Assembly: GCA_012295275.1 (NCBI GenBank)
Contig: CM022665.1
Coordinates: 1-64,000, forward strand
Length of the DNA: 64,000 bases
Direction: 5' to 3'
Source of the DNA: Chrysomallon squamiferum
Lineage: Eukaryota > Animalia > Mollusca
Shown piece after piece: positions 49,657 to 63,130 of this stretch (its first letter is position 1; each line of letters opens with the position of its first letter). The position numbers were made by a program, and so were the translations under genes. The notes beneath the pieces were generated by a model that was given only the letters and a program-made list of their open reading frames with translations, was not told where the DNA came from and made no database searches.

Positions 49657-51263
49657 CATGCTTTGGAAGGACATAACATTTCTCTATGTACTTCCAAATC
49701 AGTGTACATGTCAACACAGACATATGATGACCTAATAAATCTACAGCATCTCATTTTTCACAACTTGAAATTATTATTATTATTATATAGTATTTTAATG
49801 AATGTAAACTCTATTAGCTGACATTGTAACACAAACATCACTGTATGTCTACTTACAACAAGTTTAAGTTATGCAGATCTTTGAAAGCATTGACATGAAC
49901 ACATGCAATTTTAATTGCATTGAGTAGGCTGAAATAAAAAACATTTTATTTGAACAATAAGTTATGCATAAATGACAATGTGCTTCCATTATGAATTAAT
50001 CATTGTTAAAATTGTTACTTCAATTCACCCTCTTTTCTGTAACATCTGTAAAGAAAGATGTTTTTGAAATAAGAAATAAAATGTAAACAAAATTACTCCT
50101 TAAATATTAATAATTAGTATGCTAATTTCAATAATAATTATTATATTGACATAGTTCAATATTAATAATAGTTATTACATTGACTTATTTCAATATTAAT
50201 TATTATTACATGTATAATCATGTTGACTTATTTAAATCTTAATAATTATTAAGTACAACCATGTTGACTTATTTCATTATTAATAAATATTAGGTTACAA
50301 TCATATCAGCAACTTGTATAAAAACATGAAAACAAAAAAATCAAAATCTGAAAAGAAACTTGCTGATTAAAAGCTGCAAGAGTTTTTTTTTAAATCAGTC
50401 ACCACAAACAGAAAGTCAACAAAACTTTTCATTAAAAAAATCTATTTAAAAATAAAATAGCAAAGGACATGACAGTGTTTAGAAAATAAAAATGAAAGGA
50501 TAAATTCAGTATGCAGTTGTGTATGCTGCACAACAACGATGCTTACAGCAGTTGTAAAGATGTTAGTTGAGAAGACCTGGTAGAAGGTTGGAAAACTTGT
50601 TATCATAGAGAACTCTAAAAATAAACATAGGTAGGACAGTAAATACGTTAGATAAGTAATAAATAATTAAAGATATTAAGTGATAAACTAAATAATAAAT
50701 AATTAAAGGCATGAAAAGATAATGTAAATAACAGAATAGATATTTTAGATAACTAAGTGCATTTTACATTAATAATAATAATTAAAAGCTTTAATAAAAT
50801 AAGTATTTCAGGGCCAATCATTTTATTTAATACATTTTTAGAATTCTGTAGACAAACATTTTAATATCTGTATTTTATTTATATTATTTGAAAATTCTGT
50901 AGACAAATATTTTAATATCTGGATTTTATTTATTAAACTTTAAGAATTTTGCATACAAGATTTTAATATCTGTATCTTATTATTAAACTTTGAGAATTTT
51001 GCAAACATACATTTTTAAATGTGTATTTTATTATTATATTTTGAGAAGTCTGTAAACAAACATTTTAGTATCTGTATTTAATCAGATTTTCAAGTAACTG
51101 ACACTCTTAAATGTATCCATACATTTCCTGTAACACTCGCTTTTACTAAATAAGAAGGGAAGTTTAAATAAATAAATAGGTTATCACTTACAAAGTCCTC
51201 AATGAATGCAGACCTGAGAAGGCATCCGATGCAATAATCAGTATCTGATTGTTACTCAGGTCT
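47238..51263 (-). pseudogene. slit: slit pseudogene, second LRR domain exons (51263-51192, 50614-50547, 49928-49857, 49190-49128, 48354-48190, 47333-47238)
   Basis: Six collinear exons with GT donors: DLSNNQILIIASDAFSGLHSLRTL; VLYDNKFSNLLPGLLN/LTSLQLL; LLNAIKIACVHVNAFKDLHNLNLL; SLHDNKIQSLVNG*FTNI*T; ARNLFICDCNLYWLSEYLYTLP/IEMSGARCKSPCRMHRKKTGHVRIAKFRCK; GAESHRTKHAGNCMIDRECPKK*/GTTVDCS. Same order and motifs as Slit D2 and the D2/D3 junction, with stops and frameshifts. Confidence 0.92.
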
Positions 51264-52849
51264 ATGTGAAATGCACAAAACTAAATAAATAAATACAAAA
51301 TTACAGTAAGAGAAATCTAAACACCCTGCCTTTATAATCATACAATAAAATGTTTTCATTAATCAAAATTAAATCAGTGCAGAATGTACTCATTAAAAAG
51401 AGAGAGGCGCAATCGATTACTGTAAAATGATAACGAAACTTGAGAAAATACATTAAAGGTCGTATTTAGTCAATATAAATGTAAAAAGCAAATTGATCAC
51501 GTATTATTTGAATGATTGTATTGATACCTACATTATAATGCTTGGTAACTGTTTTAGAACAGAAAACTAAAAACAAAATTAGTTAAAAATTAATGTTTCG
51601 CTCTTTTTCCTTAAAAAAAAGAAGAAAAAAAGGATTCACTTTCTAAAACCTGTACTGTTATGCATGCAAACAATGATTTTCCTGTTTTGATTTTTAAAAA
51701 TTCATTGGTCCTTACTACTTTTAACACCCATTCTTGAAAAGGAACAACTGGAATCTGATAAGCTGGATGTAATTTTTTTGTTTTTTTTTTGTTTATTAAA
51801 TTTTCAGAATAGAATAAACAGATATTATAAATTTGATTTTCCTGAAAGGCATCTACTGAGCTAGCGAACAATATGTCCGATGCGGAATAATATATAACAA
51901 ACACGATATTTATTAAATAAATTGCATTATATATCTGAAATTTTATTTTTGCTATAGCTCTGAAACCCATATACTTTATTTTATCATAAAAATGAATATG
52001 TTTTATATCTTAGAAGTTTAAACAGTTATTGAAATTCCGAACTATTTGTTTGAAAGAACCGACGTGCGATAAACTGTTCGATGGCGTTTTTGTTCGCGGA
52101 TTTCACAGCGGTTGGAATTGTTCGCTGCCTTTATTTCAGATGTTGGCAAATTAAGGTAAACAAACTTATTGATCGAGCTATAAGCAAACCTTTTACATGA
52201 AATAAATATTTGCGATAAAATTATTAATAGTGGCTACTGTGTTATGACTTATAGAAAAAGAGGACACCCAAATAATATTTTTTGGGCGATTAACCCATAA
52301 TTATTTTTAACATCCCAGTCGCTTAAACGGAAATTTGGAAAATACCTGCATATTACCTGTCATACTAAGAAATCTGTTTTGTAATATAAATTGTTATTTT
52401 ATAACTGTTTAAATATTTCAGTCAGAACATGTAACTAATTACATCTTTTGATAACTTTTAATATTTTATGACATTAGCTGTTACATATTTCTTCATAATG
52501 CTGAGATGATACAATTTTAAATTTGTAATTTTCATATTTCATTTTAACTGTAGCAAGTTTTTAAATGTAACTCTATGTTACACGGTATACTGGTATTCAG
52601 CTGAGTCGTTTCCATGTTTTATTTTTCAGGTTTAATCATTAATATTTCACACAGCTGTTAAATGTTTCCTTGTAATGTTCATCTACATTATGTTTCATAT
52701 TTTATACTATGTGTCTTTCTGTTTTTTGTTTATATATATATATATATATCTCAGTTTGAACGTCTCAGTTTTTTCTGTGTTCAGTATTTCAGAAACTGAC
52801 TGTTGTTGCTGAAAGTGGAAATCTTTCTTCAACATTTTTATTTTTATTT

Positions 52850-52997
52850 GCTGCTGGTGATATGGTGTCACCTGTATTTAAACTGAACAATCATTCATGG
52901 CCCTCCTGTTGATGATGGTTTTCCAGGAACTCCTGGTGTTGCAGGTAGAAAATCATTTCCAGGTGAAAAAGATAACCATGTTTCCCTGGACAGTGAG
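52850..52997 (+). pseudogene. Decayed collagen (Gly-X-Y) exon
   Basis: GPPVDDGFPGTPGVAGRKSFPGEKDNH/FPGQ* followed by donor GAG|GTAAGT. Several Gly positions are mutated and there is a frameshift. Confidence 0.7.
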
Positions 52998-53451
52998 GTA
53001 AGTGTGTCATATATATAAATAAACAAAAAATCAGAACTGACAGAAATTGTGTACCATAATCAGTTATCTAATGATACTACCAATACTATTAGTTTCCAGC
53101 ATTTACCAAACTGTAACATGTTTTATATACAAACAATTTATTTAAAAAGAATAAGGAATGTTACATTGAAAGGGATAAAAATAAAAGTTTTTGATTATTT
53201 AAATATGTGTTTCGAACATTTCAATGGTCCAAGAAGTGACACTGGAACATTATTAATAGTTCTAATCTTTATCACTATCTGATGATGTGTTACTTGGTAA
53301 CAGTGAAAAGAAAATACATTTAAACCATTTTTATTTATAAACTTTCAGGTTCTAAATTATATTTCATAGTCTGTGTTTTCAGAATAAAGCTGAACAACAT
53401 ATTTGTTTTTAAAATGTTTGTAATAATTACAATTGCCTAGGTTTTATTTAT

Positions 53452-53660
53452 GGGTCATTCCGTGTCAAATCACCCCCCAAAAAAAGAAATTTAAACCCGA
53501 CCGTCTCAGATTTTTATAAAATTTGGTATACTCGTTGACTGGGATCCCACAGCACCAAATCTGAAATGTTAGCCCAATCAGACCAGTGGTGTGGGAGATA
53601 TGGCCCACCGAATTTTGAGATTTTTGCCAAAAATGGGTGTGACCACCAACCTTAGAACCC
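53452..53660. mobile_element. Probable DNA transposon/MITE terminal fragment
   Basis: GC-richer block starting GGGTCATTCCGTGTCAAATCA, with CTCAGATTTTTATAAAATTTGGTATA and GGAGATATGGCCC, which resemble subterminal motifs of invertebrate non-autonomous DNA elements. Similar motifs (CATTGGATAGAGCC, GGAGTTATGGC) occur at 54170-54265. Superfamily not assignable. Confidence 0.45.
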
Positions 53661-53853
53661 TAAAATTTATTTTTTAAACTGTAATAAGACCTAACAGTTA
53701 CTGAATACAAGTCTGGCTTAAGAGACAACTTTAACATCTTTTAATCTAGACAAGCAGCATGTCTTGTACAAGTAACTGTCAAATTAAGACTATTATAAAA
53801 ATACCCAGTTAATTAATACCTGAATAATAAAATGGTATTTCTGTCTGTTACAG

Positions 53854-53948
53854 ATTATGACAGTTTTTCAGGTAAAAAAGGTGAAGCTGGTTACCCCGGA
53901 GAACTTGGTATCCATGGACAGGATGTTTGTGTCATGGGCAGGATTTGG
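53854..53948 (+). pseudogene. Decayed collagen (Gly-X-Y) exon
   Basis: Acceptor TTACAG| then YDSFSGKKGEAGYPGELGIHGQD, an uninterrupted run of six Gly-X-Y triplets; possible donor GG|GTAATT. Confidence 0.65.
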
Positions 53949-56900
53949 GTAATTGAGCTATCTTAATTTATTAAACTTATGAGTTAGTTTCATGTTCTAA
54001 TGTTATCAAAACTGAAGGTTGAAATAGAAGCATTGATTTTTTTTTTTTTTTGTACCTGATATAAAAAAATTAAATAAAATAAAAAAATGTTTTCTTCAAA
54101 TTCATTTGAAGCACAAGATTATAAGTATGTTCCAAAAAAGTTTGGTTCCAATGTGCCAGAAAATGTTCTGTTTCATTGGATAGAGCCTTAAGAATCTAAC
54201 AAAATGAGACCCAAAATTGCCAATTTTCTTAAATATCTTGGAAAATTGAAGGAGTTATGGCAATTTCAGATGCTGACAAATGTACCAATTTGCATATATT
54301 TTTATTAAAAAAATCATTCACCTGCTAAGCCTACTTGGATGACTTTGTAAGGCAAATTTTAAACTTTTTTCACAAGAATATTGGAGATGCTTATGGTTAA
54401 TTACTTAATAGAAATAAAATGTTCGAAAGCAAGGATACATAGAAATGTTTACAGAACATCATCAAAAAAGATTTATGCTCAGAAATCTATTTATAGGCTG
54501 TCAGCAGGCCATTTTCTGATGGTCCTCTCCCCATCTGCTGCTACTAGAGAACAGTATTAGCAGTGATACTGGAAAAGCTGAGATAGTGGAAAGTGTGTAA
54601 TTGTAACATTGCTACAGTATATTTTAAAAATTTTAGCTTTACTTAGGATACACATTTATTGAATGAGAAAATGGTTTAGGTATTACAAACAAACAGAAAG
54701 ACTATTCTAACTAACAGTAAAAAAATAAACATTACACTGCAGGTAGTGCTGTGAGCTGTTTGAGCTTTACAACCATGTTTTTATGTTCTGCAACATCAAC
54801 AATGTGTGCACCACAGCATCACAGAATGATTAAAGTTACAGACAGTGTTGATGAGGTTGATGATGAATCCAGCGAGAGGTGAACAGACAGGCAGACACTA
54901 GCAGTTTGTGAATCTCCAGACCCTGTAAGTCCTCCCTTGTACCCATTTTAATAATGCATTAATATTTAATCATGAATATTCATATTTGTATTAGATAGGT
55001 AACTGTGACTACTATATGATATTTTTAACATTTAGAAGTATTCAGTATATAATCATTATTTATTTGTGAATACATTTTCAGTGTAAGATTTTTTTATTAC
55101 AATCATAAATTTGAATTTTTGTAATGTTTATTAATTTAATACTTATTGATAGGAATTAATTTTGAATTTTGAATTAACATTCAATATTTATTGATATGAT
55201 TTAAAATGTATATTTGCAAATTATGCAATATGTTTTTAATATGGTATTTAAAATTAAAATATGGAGTTTGTTTTTTTACAAATATTAGTATTGTAAAGTT
55301 GTAATTATTACTTCCCTTACTTTGAGATTTTTTTTCTCACAGGTTTTAGCTGTACACAGTCAGACAATGCTGAATCCAGAGTGTTCACTGGTCTGGTGTG
55401 GATTATGGACTGGCAACAGTTTTGCCCTGTTAAATTTGAAATAAGTTGGTTTACTGCTAAAAAGTTTTAATTTTGTAACTTCAACTTAGAAATTCATTCC
55501 ATTTGATTTTATTGAAAACCAAGAAGTAATATGTTTGTTACAGTTTGTATTTATTTAATATAACTGATGGTTTATTCAGGGTCATTAGTGTTGTTGTCAT
55601 AACCCTGGGTCAGTTTGTCCTCTTTGGAAATGCCAATCTTACAATACTTTTTATACTTAATCTTTCTGTGTCAGTGGCTATCTTTTTTTAAGTTCTTTGA
55701 TTTGAAACCCTGTCTTGTTTGCTTGTTCCTCAGTCATGATTATTATTTTATTCCTAACCCTTCTCTACCATCCCTACACCCCAATATATAGTATTATTGA
55801 AATATATTAATTCAGCTTCTATCAATATTAAAAACAAATTTTAAAATAATTATTAAATTATTAAATTTTGCAGTCTGTTAAAATATTATTATTTTTAATA
55901 TTTATTTATTGATGTATTTATTTATTAGTTAGTTTGTTTGTTTATTATTTAAATATATTAATTTACATTTACTTTTTCTTACATTTAAAAGATAACTGAA
56001 AGTTAAATAGTTGGCTTTGAGTGAGTGTGTGTTTTAGTATGCTTGTGTGTTCTTGTTTTATCATGAAAGCTGCATTATTATTTTTTATTTTTTTTATTTA
56101 ATATTGAGTGATAATTAATAGCCTGACTTGAAATTAAAATTGAAGAGTAAATTGCAGATATATAATCATAAAGTTACAAAGGAAAAAAAAACAACAAAAG
56201 ACAACACAACCTAAAAACCTCTCCAGTTTTATAAATACTTTAATCCAAGGTTTAAATTAATTTCATGTTGGAGAAACAAATCTGTTTCCATGTTGTTACT
56301 GAATTTGTTATTATTCTTAATATTTTAATTCTTTTTTTTCATCTGTAGGAACTTAGAAGTTAGGGAAATGAATTTCTTCATTATGTTTTTTTGGACATCT
56401 CTAGAAACCCGCTTGGTCTTTTGAAAGATGTCACAGAAAGATCTCTGGCCTCATTAATGGAAATGTGAGTGGATTTCCTAAGAAATATTGTCATGGTGTT
56501 TCTAATTCTGCAGCAAAGTTGGTTGTGGCAGTTCCCTGTATTACCTCTCTTTCAGCGAATGATATTTCATTTAATCAGGAATTAAAGTTTTAATGTTTTA
56601 ATTAAACATAATTTAAAAAATTTTATTTTACTATAATTTTGCAACAATGTAAATAAAAAAATCATGACTAAAAAATGACCTTGTAAAATTACTGAATATT
56701 TTCATTATGTTGTTTTAATAACCATACAAATGCAAACTTGACTTCAGTGAATGAACTGTTTTATATTCTTAAAAGAAAAGCATTTAAGTATTTTAATTGA
56801 TGCAGTATTTCACTCTAGAAGCAAAATCAAAGAAACTATCATGTATTAATATTGTTATCAATATAATATTTTTTCTTTTTTCTTTTCTTTATTCTTTATT

Positions 56901-57089
56901 TTATAATTTTTTGTTTTTTTATGAAATTGATAAATTGTAAATTATTTCAAGATTATGAATATCTTGTGCAGGTAGTTGTTCCATATCTGACAGGTACAAT
57001 CTCCATGGTGACCAGACAGGTGAACTAAGAAAAAAGGGAGGTAATTCATCAGGTCACACTGTGGCATGTGTGAAGAGTCTGTGAAATGA

Positions 57090-57255
57090 AACATTGGTTT
57101 TACACTCTTCATGCAGAAGTCCATGGCATCATGTTCACTTGTTTACATGCTGCTTCCAAACAACACTCTAGGTACATATGTCTCAGTCTTTCAACTTTTG
57201 AAGATTGACGCAGAAAGAAACTTCAACCTGAAACCACAGATTATCCACACCTAAC
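57090..57255 (+). mobile_element. MULE (Mutator-like) transposase core fragment
   Basis: FYTLHAEVHGIMF/LVYMLLPNNTLGTYVSVFQLLKIDAERNFNLKPQIIH matches the YTIH..PLVY.LLP.K...TY..F..L...P..I MULE domain pattern; frameshifted. Confidence 0.8.
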
Positions 57256-57779
57256 ACATTTTTTATTTTTGTTTTATTAATTTCTTTTTTAATTTAATAA
57301 TATAAATATTTACACAAAATATATAATAAATAAACAGGGCACTATTTATGTATTTTTTAATTATTATTTTAATTTTTGGCTACATTTTAATAAACATCCT
57401 TTTTTGGTTTTAGTTGTAGAGTTCATAACAGAGATACTACTGTGGTCCTGGTGGTTTGCTCCCAGCATATTCAAAACAACAAACAGCAGCTTTTAATATG
57501 TTAACACAACAGAGGTTAGCTGCTCATTTGTTATTACAGATTAGCAGTACACATGACAACAGCACACTGATAAAAGTGCTTATGTCTCTATGTCCTTAAT
57601 ATATATAGATCTAAACAAAATAAGTATCATTTTGAACCACAGTTAATCCTGGCACAAAAGGAATCTCTGATAGGTTTTGACAATATCGTGAACCAGTGTC
57701 AAAACTGTTATTTGTGATCATGAAATTTAAAATAAAAGCATGGCTACAGCCTTTTTAGAAAACAATTTACTTTAAAGCT

Positions 57780-58265
57780 TGATGGAAGATTACTCCTCAA
57801 CAATAAGGGAGTTTGCTTCCCAGAAGTGTCAGTTGAATAATTCTGTGGATGGAATCATTTAGCGATTTGACAGAAACTTAAGTAACAGAAATGGTGTTTG
57901 GCGCAGTACTTCAAAAAAATGTCCAGATTGGATCAAATTCAACGATAAACAGGTGACAAATGTAAAAGTGCACAGTCACTGTACAAAATGTGGCTGAAAT
58001 TGAAGTGAAACAGTGTCTATCTACAATTCAACAGAGATCTACAATTTCTCAAGCTGTTCTTTTACAACAAGGTGTTGCTCAACTTCCGAAATATACATCC
58101 AGTGAAAGAATGACTGAGAAGAAATGGAAGTTGGATGGTGAACCTGTGCCGATTCCAAGAACTGTCAGTGAAATTAACATTCCAGAAATGCTGAAAAAAA
58201 CTGAGAGGAGACAAATTTCTGCTACATGACTCTGCACTATTCTTCATCTTTGGAACTAAAGTTTT
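57780..58265 (+). mobile_element. FLYWCH-MULE transposase N-terminal fragment
   Basis: NGVWRSTSKKCPDWIKFNDKQVTNVKVHSH (degenerate FLYWCH finger), then AEIEVKQCLSTIQQRS..LPKYTS..PIPRTVSEINIPEMLKKTE/GDKFLLHDSALFFIFGT, the linker that precedes animal MULE domains; frameshifted. Confidence 0.75.
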
Positions 58266-58280
58266 TTAAATGATAATTAA

Positions 58281-58311
<31 letters not shown>

Positions 58312-59789
58312 ATTTAATTGTCGGCACATTTTTGTCTTGCCTGCTTATGTCATTCCACCCATAACAACACACACCTCATATTTTCTCAGAATTTTTTATT
58401 TTAATAGATGTTGTACTTGTTTATGTATTTTGTAGGGCTTTCGAATTTTTAAATTACTTTTATTAATTTTAGTTATTGTTATTGTTATTTGTTTATTTTT
58501 TCATTTTTATTTTACTTTTATTTTTTTTATTTATTTAATTACTTAGTTTATTGTTATAGTTATAAATATTTGTTTAAATTAAATAGAATTTATTTCAGAT
58601 AAACATTTTAAATGTTACTATTGAGGATCAGCTGTACTGAAGCAGTGCTGGAGAAAATAAAAATGTCATGCTGTCTCTGATCACATGAAAACAGGAAAGC
58701 TTCCTCAACTGTTTTCATTAATACAACAGAATTAACTGACTGTTCATTACATGTAGGTTTTTCAAGCACTGTGTTTAAAAAGATTAGTATGAAGCGAATA
58801 AAAACGTATGAACATAGATTCAGGTGAGACATTCGGATCAAAAGACGATTGTTTTCTCTTTTTTATAAATATTATATATTTATTTTTTTGCTTTGAATAT
58901 AGACAGATAAATAGATACACAGATGTTATTTATTTTTTATTATTACCTTTTAGGTATCATTTTTTGTAGTTTCCTTTTAATTAATTTTTTTATTTACTTT
59001 ATATTTATTATTATTATTTTAAATTCCTTCAGAATCAGTAATCTAAACAATCCAATACCAGATCAGCCCAGGAGAGAGTCTGCTACTCTGAGCTGACAAA
59101 AACAGATGAAGAATTTTGTCTGAAATATTCAGTCAGATATGAGAAGTCAACCATTATCCAGAAAGTGAGTCAATTTGTTAGAGCATATTTTTTGATTTAG
59201 TAACTGTAGTACATACATACAGACATATTAATGTTTTAAATGAAACATTTATAAATTAAAAACAAGAAAGTGAATGTTACTTTGTAAAATTATTTATGTC
59301 CATACTTCATATTTGATTTATTCAAACTCATGTTAACGTCAGATGTCCCCTGTCAATACTTTCGATAACATTTAAATAACAATTTGCTTTTGTTTCCAGT
59401 GAATGAAACTATTATCAATGATAAATTTAAATTTTTTAAGTAAACTATATATTTTTTTCTATTACTTTACATGTTAAACTAGACTTGTTGACCAGAAAAA
59501 TGCCAAATAATTAAATCACAACCCATCCCATTTGAATCACAACAAACCTTCATTTTACATGGCAAATTGTACAGTGCACATTAATATAATTAATAAAACT
59601 GAATATTATTTTTATTTTAATCGTAACATTTTTTAATTTTCTTTAGGGTCTTTTATTATGAACTTGGTTTGAGAATGAAAGGAAACATGTGAGAAGTAAA
59701 CGGAAGATAAACATCTCCACAACAACTATGAAGAATTGAATGCTAGGAGAATACTGAAAGTACAAATCCACTAATCTTTATATGCAGTT

Positions 59790-60020
59790 TATTTACTTTG
59801 AATACACTTGCTATTTAACAGTGGTCAGTTTGGAATTTTTGGATTTTCCTGTACATTGTCCACAAAATCAACTCTGACACGAATAAAACTGATCTAAATG
59901 GTACATAACAACAATAAAGATTCTATATAATATCCTCAGTATACAGAGTCCACTTGATTAGGCTCTAAACTATTTATAGTGATACCTACCCTTAGAAAAT
60001 TATCACTGGTTTCTTATGAC
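59790..60020 (+). repeat. Partial copy (3' part) of the IAP-associated module
   Basis: TTGAATACACTTGCTATTTAACAGTGGTCAGTTTGGAATTTTTGGATTTTCCTGTACATTGTCCACAAAATCAACTCTGACACGAATAAAACTGATCTAAATGG matches 28600-28700 and 31185-31400. Confidence 0.85.
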
Positions 60021-60639
60021 AAAGAATGAGATCGAGGAACAATCATTTTGACACATTTTTTGATTACGTATTTTCATGGAAAATAGAATATATTAAAGCA
60101 TTTGGTTTGCACTGCCATGAGTTCGCTCTAGTAATATAGCCTCTTGTAAATGTTTGATGTACATAATTATATAGTAGTATATTTATTCGTTAGTGAATGT
60201 TTGACTGGTAGAATTAATTTTTGAACAGTTTTATGATATGCTACCATGTTATACATAACGACTTTTATAAGTTGTTTCATTCAATGGTTTGGTCATTTTT
60301 AAAACCTGTTTGTTTTCAGAATGATAAATTGTACAAAATATTGTTTTAGTGTTGTTCATTGTAGAAATCTTTAAAAAGAAATAAAATAGTCTGAAAAAAT
60401 AAAAATGTGTTCAGTAGAATGATATATTTTTATGTCATTTCCATCTTAATTATTAGTATTATTGTTGCTGTTGCTGCTGTTGTTGTTGTTATTCTGAATT
60501 GCGCTCATATTAAGATCAGATAACTTTCCCATAAAATCAGCTCAGAAATACCAGTGCAGTTCAGTAGAAAATGATCTTTGGGCCCCACCCTCAAGCTATG
60601 CTCTGTGCACTTGCGATACTTCATATACCTTACATACAT

Positions 60640-61020
60640 TACTGACTATTATTGGTGCGTCTGTATGTATGTATGTATGTATGATTATATATGAATATAC
60701 GTACGTATGTATGTGTGTATCTATGTATGAATGTACCTATGTATATATGTGTGCTTGCGTGTGTGCATATGTATGTGTTTGTTTGTGCGAGTGTGTGTAT
60801 ATATGTACGTATGTCTGTGTATGAATGCATGTACATATGTATGTACCGATGTATGTATGTTTATGTGTATAAGCCTATTTATGTGCATTTGTATGTATGA
60901 AAGTATGTATGTACATGTATGTATGTATGTATGTATGTGTGTATGCATTTTTGTCGTATCTATGTAATATTCTAAATTACATGACCAAGCCAGATAACTT
61001 TATATATTTGTTTGTTTGTT
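60640..61020. repeat. Degenerate (TGTA)n tract plus unique flank, inverted duplicate of 32533-32830
   Basis: TATGTAATATTCTAAATTACATGACCAAGCCAGATAACTTTATATATTTGTTTGTTTGTT is the reverse complement of about 32540-32598. Confidence 0.88.
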
Positions 61021-61284
61021 AAGGGTCATTAGTGTCAGATAACTTTTCAGTGGAGTTTAATAGACAGTGCTCTGTGAACCCCATCCCTGAAGCTAATCCC
61101 TGGGCACGTGCGATATTTGATGTACCTTCTTTGTTAAATAAGTAAAAAGAAAACATTAAAAAAAAATAACAAGTCTGTAAGGGGTATTAGTCTATAACTT
61201 AGAACATTTAGATTTGGAACTGAAAGATGAAACCTATGATATTTTTCTACGGGGCGGTAACAAAAGCTTCTGTTAGACACAATA

Positions 61285-62660
61285 GAAACTGTTTACAGTT
61301 TTGCAAGTCTCCTCTGCGTTTTCAGAATATCATCAATAATCTGTTTTTGGTATTGTGTCACCATTTAGATCACTTTTATTCGTGTCAAAGTTGGTTTTAT
61401 GGACAACGTACAGGAAAATCGAAAAATTCAAAATTAACCACAGTTTAACAGCAAGCGTATTCAAACAAAATAAATTGCAGTAACTGTAATATAAATGAAG
61501 ATTAGTGTAATTTTACTGTAATAAAGTAATATATTTTAATATTATATTTTATGCGTGGCAAATTAGTTCACTGAGTATAACGTACATGAAAATATTACAA
61601 ATATTTATATTTGTTTATCAGAAAAATCTTTTTAGATTTATGAAAAGAGAGTTAAAGTAATAAAAATGGAATTATAATAACATCTAGAAAATATTCAATT
61701 GTGAGTTCGTCTTATTAAGGCATAAGAAAGTTCATCATGTAAACAATATACCTAGTTGTAGTACTATTAATATTTAGTTAACTAGGATATAAATAAATAA
61801 AATGAAGTGAAATGAAATAAAATAAAATGAGATTTTTCCGTATCCGTATCAGTGGTTCAATGGAAAGTCGCCATGTTTATGTCACTTTGTACACGTAATT
61901 TGAGTCACGTGATCGTTACCACACAGAGACGACCTACATGTTTTGTTTTCTCTTTTTAACATATTGATGTGTTTGAGTCGTTCTTTACAGAAATAATTTG
62001 ATTAGGAATTTGGGCAGGTTGATAAACATTTTAATAACAGTTTTCTATATCCAGTAATCAGATATTTATGTCTGTAAATACGCTGATTTTTTCAAACACA
62101 TTCTAACATTACTTCCTCTTTGTAAATTTTATATCAAATATTGAAGCGTTTTCCATGGTTTAATTCGACTCAAACACTCCAGTAAAATGGACATGGACCT
62201 TGCATTTGGTTAAATAAAATAAAATAAGATGCAGAGACGACCTGCATATGTTTTGTTGTTTCTTTTTAACAATACGCATTAAATGAGCAGTAAAATCACG
62301 AACACGCAGATTTTAGGAAGTATTAATTTCTGCGTGGTGTTTTTGAAAACAAAATCTCGTCTCCAGATCAGTTGTGTTTGAAGTGGTTTCCCATGGTTTT
62401 ATTCGATTCAAACACTCCAGTAAAATGGACATGGACCTTGCATTTAGTTAAAGAGCTTATTAACATGACAGTTTATGAAATAATGATTACGTTTTAACCT
62501 ATTTTACCACATTCAGATAAGAGAAGAAACTACCTTCTTTTGTATTTGTTACGAGCGACAACGAAAAGGTCACAAATATTGACCCGTTTGTGTCGCCCAT
62601 TATTGAATATCGTTCTCAGTAACAGTTAAAAGTTTATAGACTACGTGCTAAAACAAATCA
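61285..62660 (-). repeat. Near full-length inverted copy of the IAP-associated module, ending ~470 bp before the next IAP-like exon
   Basis: Reverse complement of about 30135-31350 block by block (CCATTTAGATCACTTTTATTCGTGTC, TGAGTCACGTGATCGTTAC, TTTTATTCGATTCAAACACTC, CTTTTGTATTTGTTAC, GTTTATAGACTACGTGCTAAAA). The ISRE head is absent. Confidence 0.9.
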
Positions 62661-63040
62661 GCAATGTCTCAGTCATTTCCTCTTTTCAGAAATTATCATA
62701 AAATGTAACCTCGGAGTTTCATTAATGTCCTAGTTTCGTTATCAGATACTTTGTCTGTCTGTGTCTTTGTTCATTTTTCTAATCTGAATAACTGTTATTT
62801 AATAAATAATTATTTTCCTATATCCGCAAACTGCTGTTAATTTTACACATTTTTTATTTATTTGTATTTCTGAAATTATAGAGATTACACATGAATTGAA
62901 ACGGAATATTAATTCAACATCTTACCTATATTTTGAACGATTTTAAATTTATTTATTTATTTTTCTTTTTTGTATCTTTATGTAAACATGTATACATGTA
63001 CCAAAAATCTCAAATTATTTCGAAGTCATGTATGGATCTT

Positions 63041-63074
<34 letters not shown>

Positions 63075-63130
63075 ATCATAACTGATTGTGCACTATGTTG
63101 TTTTGAATTTATCTTAAACGTCTGTTCCAG

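Noticed and set aside
43815-51263. Functional LRR immune receptor (TLR/VLR-like cassette system)
   Set aside because: The exons match consecutive Slit D2/D3 sequence specifically and carry stops, frameshifts and broken splice sites; no recombination signals or cassette multiplicity were seen.
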